Positions 57,285 through 64,000 of a stretch of 64,000 nt of DNA are shown here, piece by piece. The position numbers and the translations under genes were made by a program. This DNA is from Candidatus Oxydemutatoraceae bacterium (GTDB taxonomy: Bacteria; Pseudomonadota; Gammaproteobacteria; Poriferisulfidales; Oxydemutatoraceae). Each line of letters opens with the position of its first letter. Position 1 is the first letter of the stretch. Under the pieces are notes generated by a model, which was not told the origin of the DNA, did no database searches, and saw only the letters and a list, made by a program, of their open reading frames with translations. The DNA lies in contig OZ244717.1 of the NCBI GenBank assembly GCA_965218975.1, forward strand, positions 416,001 to 480,000, given 5' to 3'.

Positions 57285-58231
57285 TGGTTATCTTGGCGAA
57301 TCCCAGAGGATTTTGCGCCGGCGTAGACCGCGCGATTGAAATTGTTGAGCGTGCGGTGGCAATATTTGGGATGCCGGTTTATGTACGCCACGAAGTTGTG
57401 CACAACAAATATGTGGTTGCGCAACTACGTGACAAAGGCGTGGTGTTTGTCAAAGAGTTAGATGAGATTCCCGACGAAGCGGTAGTCATTTTTAGCGCGC
57501 ATGGTGTCGCGCCGCAGGTGCGGCATGATGCTGAGAAACGACGCCTGCGCGTGCTGGATGCCACCTGCCCGTTAGTAACAAAAGTACATTTGGAAGTGAT
57601 TCAATACGCTCGTCAAAGACGCGAAGTGATTTTGATCGGACACGCCGGGCATCCTGAAGTCTTGGGCACGATGGGACAATACTATGACCATATAGCGACC
57701 GAAGAAGGAAGGATGCGCCTAGTTGAGTCAATTGATGATGCTCAAACGCTACAAGTAAAGGAGCCTCAGCAGCTCGCGCTGGTTACGCAAACCACGTTGT
57801 CGGTTGATGATACGCGTGAAATTATCGCCGTACTGCAAGCACGGTTTCCACAAATGGTTGTGCCGCGCAAAAAGGATATTTGTTATGCCACGCAAAACCG
57901 CCAGGATGCGGTGAAGAAATTGACTGAAACATGCGATTTAATTTTAATTGTCGGTTCTCCGAATAGCTCTAACTCAAATCGATTACGCGAAATTGCCGCG
58001 CGTGAAAAGATTGAATCGTATCTGATTGAAAATGCGAAAGCCATCTCGCCCGCTTGGCTGAAGGGCAAGCGATGCATTGGTGTTTCAGCAGGAGCGTCGG
58101 CTCCTGAAACATTGTTGCTACAGGTTGTTGATACGCTCAAAGAACAAGGCGCCGACGACATTATTGAACAGGAAGGCACGATAGAAGATGTGACTTTTTC
58201 ATTGCCGCGCGTGTTACGTGCGGTCCTGTAA
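57281..58231 (+). CDS. ispH: 4-hydroxy-3-methylbut-2-enyl diphosphate reductase
   Basis: [19 protein letters not shown] and SSNS. Confidence 0.97.
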   Translation: MMVILANPRGFCAGVDRAIEIVERAVAIFGMPVYVRHEVVHNKYVVAQLRDKGVVFVKELDEIPDEAVVIFSAHGVAPQVRHDAEKRRLRVLDATCPLVTKVHLEVIQYARQRREVILIGHAGHPEVLGTMGQYYDHIATEEGRMRLVESIDDAQTLQVKEPQQLALVTQTTLSVDDTREIIAVLQARFPQMVVPRKKDICYATQNRQDAVKKLTETCDLILIVGSPNSSNSNRLREIAAREKIESYLIENAKAISPAWLKGKRCIGVSAGASAPETLLLQVVDTLKEQGADDIIEQEGTIEDVTFSLPRVLRAVL

Positions 58232-58440
58232 AAAAGTAATTGCGGCGATTTAATTTGGGGCTCATTTTCCCTCTGCTTGTATCGTTTCTGTTCTCATGCG
58301 AGTAAAGTAACGGAAGAACGAGAGATAATCAATCTTAAAAATCCGCTATAGCTATATATCGGTCACGCACAGAGATTTTCTTACAATATCGGAGATAGTG
58401 TATAATCTGTCGAGGATTTAACTGAGAAGAGAGAAATGCA

Positions 58441-59475
58441 ATGCCGCCAAAAATAGGAGGAGCGTCCCCTCCGGTACCTTTACCGGATTCACAATCAAGG
58501 GCTTCTCAGCATCAAACATCCGAGGTAACCGGCAGTCTTGGAGGTTTAAAAGTGAAAGTCGGAACAAACGATACCGGGTCGGGAGTTCCTAGCACTCACC
58601 TACTGCAGGGGTCTACGCACGGAGGATTGGGAAACGCGACCCTCGGCGCGGAACAATTTATTAATCGCCCCTCTGGCAACATCCGCCAAGGGGATACACG
58701 TAAGGCCGGTCGTTTGGCGCGTGTCGGGAGATTTTTATCTTGGATGAAACGAGGAATGGTGAAACACTTTTTTAAGCAGCGAAATAATGTGGCACAGCAT
58801 ACGCCGCAAGCAGGAAGCTTGTCTGCACCTACTCCGGCGGATATGACTGTGTTGTTTGCGCAAAGCGCACGCCAAGGAATTGATGCCACCAAGAATATTT
58901 TGAATCAACAGGTGGTAGGTGAGCAACACGATACCGCAGCGGTGCTAAATTTGTTGGTTGGCGGAGACGGAGGCTTGCGCCGTGCGATGACGGCATTGTT
59001 AAATATTTGCAAACATTTGAAACCGGAGCAATCTCCACCGGAATCTTTACCGGGAACTCCTGAACAGTGGCGGGCGCAGACCGAAGCAATATCGCAGATG
59101 GCGCAACAAATCGGGAGGGCCGAATTTAGTGAGAATGTGCAGGGAGAGTTTACTCAGTACGGCACTCCAAGTAACAACCCTTTCACTGCTGTCGCCGACC
59201 GCTACCCGCAACTGGATCATTCGGTACGAAATTGGCTTGCGGAAGGAGTTGACTTGCTTGATCAATTACTTACCGCTCAAGAACGGGCAGGCAAAGGCTT
59301 GCCGCCGTTAACAAGTAAAGAATTGGCTGAATTGAAAGAACAGGTTGAAAAATTTACTAATCCCGGGTTGCGTGACGGGCAAACTGAAACACCCGCCTTC
59401 ACATCGAAAATGGGAATGGACGATGCGGTTGAAAAGATCGATAAAGTTTATCAGGGTCATAAAACGCAGACGTGA
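58441..59475 (+). CDS. Putative type III secreted effector with a YopE/ExoS/SptP-like Rho-GAP domain
   Basis: S/P/G-rich N-terminus, GDGGLRRAMTAL (arginine-finger motif, R180), FTQYGT (QWGT-like), and an adjacent chaperone gene. Confidence 0.72.
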   Translation: MPPKIGGASPPVPLPDSQSRASQHQTSEVTGSLGGLKVKVGTNDTGSGVPSTHLLQGSTHGGLGNATLGAEQFINRPSGNIRQGDTRKAGRLARVGRFLSWMKRGMVKHFFKQRNNVAQHTPQAGSLSAPTPADMTVLFAQSARQGIDATKNILNQQVVGEQHDTAAVLNLLVGGDGGLRRAMTALLNICKHLKPEQSPPESLPGTPEQWRAQTEAISQMAQQIGRAEFSENVQGEFTQYGTPSNNPFTAVADRYPQLDHSVRNWLAEGVDLLDQLLTAQERAGKGLPPLTSKELAELKEQVEKFTNPGLRDGQTETPAFTSKMGMDDAVEKIDKVYQGHKTQT

Positions 59476-59557
59476 GGAGCATCCGGTGAAACGTAGAGAT
59501 TATTAATCCGACGTAATATGTTAAAAATCAACCAAAAACTTGGGGAAAAGCGGCGCG

Positions 59558-60025
59558 ATGAGCAAATTTGAAACTCTATTGGAAGGGCTTTCTCTACAAA
59601 TAGGCATCCCTAAAGAACAGGTTTGCGGAGAGGGGCAGAGAACGGTCAATCTAATTTTTGATGAGAAAACCGGCGTGGAAATAAGCAATGATGCCGTCAA
59701 CGGAAAAATTCGCTTATCTTCCAAATTGTTTCAGGTGAATGATGAAGAGGATATGGGGGCAATCGCACTTTTGCTCACACAAGCAAATTTTGAGCAGAAA
59801 GGGCTTTACGGCGCACATCTTGCTATGAGCGAGGAAGGGCTGATTGTCTTAATGCGCCGTGTGTCTTTGCAATCGCTTAATGGCACCGCTTTCGGCGATC
59901 TGATAAAAGAGTTTGTTAATGCTGCGGCGCAGTGGTCGGATTCGGTCACGCTAATGTCTAAGCTATTGAAGTCTGATCTCAATCACACTGCCGGCGGAGA
60001 ATCGGAAGTGAGGATGAAGGTCTGA
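59558..60025 (+). CDS. CesT/SycE/SicP-like class I T3SS chaperone
   Basis: 155 aa and acidic, with LLTQANF..GAHLAM and a C-terminal amphipathic helix FGDLIKEFVNAAAQW. Confidence 0.8.
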   Translation: MSKFETLLEGLSLQIGIPKEQVCGEGQRTVNLIFDEKTGVEISNDAVNGKIRLSSKLFQVNDEEDMGAIALLLTQANFEQKGLYGAHLAMSEEGLIVLMRRVSLQSLNGTAFGDLIKEFVNAAAQWSDSVTLMSKLLKSDLNHTAGGESEVRMKV

Positions 60026-60232
60026 TAGATACATGCAGTGGGTTGCATATCTTGGCAATTACATACGTAAATCGTATCTAGAGCGTTGATAATGTTGCAA
60101 TGAGATCGGAAGGCTTGGGTTCGGGCAAAAGTAAAATGGCCTGATTTCATCGCGTGCTAACCGCTATGTTTCCGGTCGTTTTCCTTATCTTCTCACAACT
60201 TCTCAGCACGCTTTGCATTCAGGACACGATTT

Positions 60233-60818
60233 CTTAACTTCGTAGGTTTTGGCTCGTAGGTGATTGAAATTACTGCCCTCATAATTCTCAGGGGCACTAC
60301 ATCACGGTGTTGTTTGCAACCCTATCGCACTCAGATTCCTCCAGGACGTAGCTTGCTCGGAAGTGGGCAACGGAGCTTCGTTCCATTTCAGGCCGACGCT
60401 ACGGTAGACCTTGTTGGCGTCTGCGCTCGCGCGGCTCGGCATCGCATACCGCTCCTATGTGTCGGTATGTACCAAGATGCTCAACTGCAAGGTGTCCAGC
60501 TCGCGCCGGGTCTGCTCCGTACTCATCGGGAAGCCCAGCGCCTTGAGCCGCTTGGCGCAGCTGCTGCGAGCAGCAGAAGGCCATGTAGCAGATCACAATG
60601 TGCGCGCGGATGCGTCGCGCCTTCCAGTGAAAGATCAGGCGGATGCGCAGGTCATGCTTGTTGGTGCGAAAGCAATGTTCTACTTCCCATAACTGGCGAT
60701 ATTGCAACAGCAACTCCTGCGGTGCCATCTCCTTCGTTGCCGTGCGCGAGGATTGCGTGCAGACCGTCCCAACGCGCCGCATTCGCCACCTTGACCGTAT
60801 CAATCTCGACCCGGCCCG
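60233..60818 (-). mobile_element. IS1634 3' fragment, degenerate
   Basis: IR variant CTTAACTTCGTAGGTTTTGG and YRQLWEVEHCFRTNKHDL. Confidence 0.85.
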
Positions 60819-61359
60819 GTGCAGGGTGAGACGCGTCCGGAAACCTGTCTGCGTGCACTGCACAGGCAGGACCGATCGGTTTTCCGAGCGCGTCTCACCC
60901 TGACAGACGGTGGTAGCGAGTTTCAAGGACAGTTTGCACAGCTCATCCGGGAGTCACCCGGAATTGAGCAGTGGCTAACTTATCCCAAGTGTCCGAAAAT
61001 GAACGCGCACATCAAGCGTTTTAACCGTACGGTCCAGGAGGATTGTGTTGATCATGCGGAAGACCTGCTATTCACCGATACGGAAGCATTCAATGACCGG
61101 TTATGAAACCGTTTTGTGTTTGTTGCCGGATTTTCGGCAAAGTGCTTATCGTCCATGGCGAGACTTGGTTCTATGAATGAACCCCGGCCCCGACGTCCTT
61201 GTCGGGTCGTTCGCCGCTGAAAACCGATCGCTTTTCCGGGCGCGTCTCACCTTGCACCGCCCTCATGCCGGCAACGGACAGAAAGCACCGATCCGAATGT
61301 TACTGCCGAACGCTTCTCCCGAAGCGCTTCAAAAATCCCATTTAGGGTGGCATCGTACA
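60819..61359 (+). mobile_element. IS481-family 3' half with the palindromic module inserted
   Basis: TDGGSEF, YPKCPKMNAHIKRFNRTVQED, the module at 61084-61248, and the end ..GCATCGTACA at 61359. Confidence 0.85.
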
Positions 61360-61596
61360 GACCCTTGTGCGAGCTGGACAAGAAAGTTTATGATGCGACC
61401 GAACCGAAGGAGGAAACCGTTAATCCATGAAACCCGAACCGACGTGTGTCAACTAATCTTTATAATTCCCCACCGATTGGTCGGGTAACCATTTTCGTTA
61501 TAATATAAAAGGTTTCTTAATCAATTCCCTGTTTGTCGCATTTGCACCTTCCGCTGGAGTGCATATTCATTTCGACAGGGCAACCCGGCATATGCT

Positions 61597-62502
61597 ATGA
61601 ATGTCAATATACATCCGTTACTGCACGGCAAATATTCGTCCGGAACATATACGGTTGTTTCCGGTTTGCAGGGAACGAATAAACTGATTGAATGGATCAA
61701 GCGGGGAGAATTTCGGAATTTTGAGCGAGGCCAATTTATTATTTCAAATAAAGGTCATCGTTCTTCTAATGTAAAGGTTGTTTATGCTTTTTTTCTGCCG
61801 CACTATCCGGCCAAGTTGGTAATGAAAAGAAAAATTGTTAAGAGGATTAGGAGAATTAGAACATTGTATAACTATTTGTCGGGGAACCCTGCCCGCAGAG
61901 CATTTTTCGCCTCTTGCCTGTTTTTTGATAGAGGTATTTCAGTGCCGCGTCCTTTGGCATATTGGACTTTTCGGCATGGCTGGAAGAAAGGGTTTATCAC
62001 GGGCAATTATTTTTTATACGAATACCAGCACGGCGAGACAATTGGCAGCATCATAAAATGTTTAAGGCGATGCGGAAGAAAAGAAGATATCCATCAATGG
62101 CATTGCAAAATTTTTTCTTTTATCAAACTGGTCCATCTTGCCGGTCTTCGTCACGGTGACATGCATGGCGGTAATTTTATCGTCAGCGCTCCGCAGCAAA
62201 CCGGATGTTTTCCTGATATAAAACTTGCATCAATGTGTTTAATTGATATGGATTATGCCAAACGATCCAAACGTTGGCATACTCTAGTACCTGCAGTGAA
62301 AATATTTTTTGATTTCAAAGACTTAGCAAAAAATTTTACTACAGAGTATGACAAGGTTGTTTCACTGTTGCGAGTCTATTTTGGCAGAGAGCCGACCGAT
62401 TATGACCTATGGTTACTGAGATTCTGGGAAAGCGGCGGCATACGTATTCGGAAAAGATTAAGGTGGCGGATTATGAAGTGGCGCAAACATGGCGGAGATT
62501 AG
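61597..62502 (+). CDS. LPS kinase (Kdo/WaaP/InaA-like) family protein, paralogue 1
   Basis: LVMK, GISVPRPLAY, HGDMHGGNFIV and LIDMD. Confidence 0.75.
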   Translation: MNVNIHPLLHGKYSSGTYTVVSGLQGTNKLIEWIKRGEFRNFERGQFIISNKGHRSSNVKVVYAFFLPHYPAKLVMKRKIVKRIRRIRTLYNYLSGNPARRAFFASCLFFDRGISVPRPLAYWTFRHGWKKGFITGNYFLYEYQHGETIGSIIKCLRRCGRKEDIHQWHCKIFSFIKLVHLAGLRHGDMHGGNFIVSAPQQTGCFPDIKLASMCLIDMDYAKRSKRWHTLVPAVKIFFDFKDLAKNFTTEYDKVVSLLRVYFGREPTDYDLWLLRFWESGGIRIRKRLRWRIMKWRKHGGD

Positions 62503-62546
62503 CCGCGTAGCATGCCAGACTTTTTCGAGGCAACCCGGCATATGCT

Positions 62547-63473
62547 ATGAATGTCAATATACATCCGTTACTGCACGGCAAATATTCGTCCGGAACATAT
62601 ACGGTCGTTTCCGGCTTGCAAGAAAAGAATAAACTGATTGAATGGATCAAGCGGGGAGAATTTCGCGAATTTGAGCAAGATCAATTTAAGATTTCGTTCC
62701 TGTATAGTCCTCATAATACCATTTATGCTTTTTTTCTTCCGTATCATCCGACTAAGTTGGTAATGAAAAGAAACATAGTTAATCCTCGTTCTCTTTTGCT
62801 TAGGAGGATTCAAGTATGGTTTAATTGTTTGCTGGGGACATATGCACGCAGGGCATTTGTTGGTTCTTATCTGTTACACAACAAAGGAATTTCAACGCCG
62901 CGTCCTTTGGCATATTGGACTTTTCGGCATGGCTGGAAGAAATGGTTTATCACGGGCAATTATTTTTTATACGAATATCAAAACGGTGAGAAAATTGAGG
63001 AGATCAGGAGGCGAGCCGCTCAAGATGATCAATATCAATATATCAATCAATTGTATTGCAAAATGTTCGCTTTTATCAAACAGATTCATATTGCCGGTCT
63101 TCGCCACGGTGACCCGCATGCCGGCAATTTTCTCGTCAGCGTTCCGCAAGGAACCGAAAGCTTGCCTGATATCAAACTTGCGTCGCTGTGTTTACTTGAT
63201 AACGATAAAGCCGAACGAGCTAAACGTTGGCATATTCGAGTACCTGCGGTGAAACATTTTTTTGATTTTGACGACTTGGCGAGAGCGATTCCGAAGAAAT
63301 ATACTGCGATTGTTTCACCGTTACGAGTCTATCTCGGCAGAGAGCCAACCGGTTATGACCTATGGTTACTGAGATTCTGGGAAAGCGGCGGCATACGTAT
63401 TCGGAAAAGATTAAGGTGGCGGATTATGGAGTGGTACAAACAAAGAAAGAAGCGCAAGCATGGCAGAGATTGA
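62547..63473 (+). CDS. LPS kinase (Kdo/WaaP/InaA-like) family protein, paralogue 2
   Basis: LVMK, GISTPRPLAY, HGDPHAGNFLV and LLDND. Confidence 0.75.
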   Translation: MNVNIHPLLHGKYSSGTYTVVSGLQEKNKLIEWIKRGEFREFEQDQFKISFLYSPHNTIYAFFLPYHPTKLVMKRNIVNPRSLLLRRIQVWFNCLLGTYARRAFVGSYLLHNKGISTPRPLAYWTFRHGWKKWFITGNYFLYEYQNGEKIEEIRRRAAQDDQYQYINQLYCKMFAFIKQIHIAGLRHGDPHAGNFLVSVPQGTESLPDIKLASLCLLDNDKAERAKRWHIRVPAVKHFFDFDDLARAIPKKYTAIVSPLRVYLGREPTGYDLWLLRFWESGGIRIRKRLRWRIMEWYKQRKKRKHGRD

Positions 63474-63716
63474 CCGCGTAGTATGCCGAAGCATGCCGGA
63501 CCTTCTCTTCATAAAAGGAAAAGGAATCTTTGTTATAGCGTTCTTGCTCCGATCAAGCAGGCGGAGAGGTTTCGCTTCCGGGTTTGCGCACGAACAGAGG
63601 AAATAGAAAGCGGATTAAGGCGATTTGGAACGAATTGATTGCGGATATGCACAGAACGCTTAAACGCGGGTTGTTCGGTGAGTAAGATTGTTGTGTATAG
63701 TGTTAGATACGTTATG

Positions 63717-64000
63717 GGGCAAATACCTGGAATCTTAGGAAGTTAAGCGCTATTTGACAGATGTTCATCTTCTGAAATGACTAATAAAAAAAACAGGCAT
63801 TGCCGTCGTTCCCGAATTGCGCAGAAGACATTTCGTCGTATTACACGCTATTTTGCCCCGGATTTCTCAGCTTCCGATGCCGACTCGCTTGACCGGAATC
63901 AGTATACACTCTATTAACACGATGTGTATTAAAATTCGCCAACGTGTCACAGAAGAATGCGTACAACTTCCGTGTCTTGTCGGTCGGCTTGAGGTAGATG
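63717..64000 (+). mobile_element. IS1595-family transposase remnant, frameshifted and running off the window
   Basis: From 63777: MTNKKNRHCRRSRIAQKTFRRITRYFAPDFSAS, then shifted LTGISIHSIN..KIRQR..GRLEVD. Confidence 0.65.

Noticed and set aside
61597-63473. Diversity-generating retroelement TR/VR pair
   Set aside because: There is no reverse transcriptase, and the differences include indels and all base types rather than adenine-specific changes.

Overview
This window is the oriC-proximal region of a gammaproteobacterial chromosome. It looks host-associated and partly degenerating (inferred from IS debris, pseudogenes and genes missing from conserved operons). Positions 1-22.8 kb are accessory: IS481- and IS1634-family debris, znuA and dps pseudogenes, McrBC, and tmRNA followed by an integrase island. 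The island carries an HNH nuclease, a C5-MTase/ImmA-IrrE chimera, a DUF4411-like PIN gene, HipBA and a decaying type III CBASS with a 2TM effector and a CapW-like WYL gene. Positions 22.8-58.2 kb are core: pyrR-yqgF-gshB, tkt-gap-pgk-pyk, dps, xth, gyrB, parS, dnaN, dnaA, rpmH-rnpA-yidC-mnmE, mnmG-rsmG-parAB and ribF-ileS-lspA-ispH. Positions 58.4-64 kb hold a YopE/ExoS/SptP-like GAP effector with a CesT-like chaperone, two tandem LPS-kinase-like paralogues and an IS1595-like remnant. The most notable pattern is that the right end of the IS481-like element sits 5 nt upstream of a sigma70 -35 position (28-29 nt before the -10) in four copies, with a looser fifth. This suggests promoter-targeted transposition. 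All calls come from reading motifs by eye; no database searches were run.
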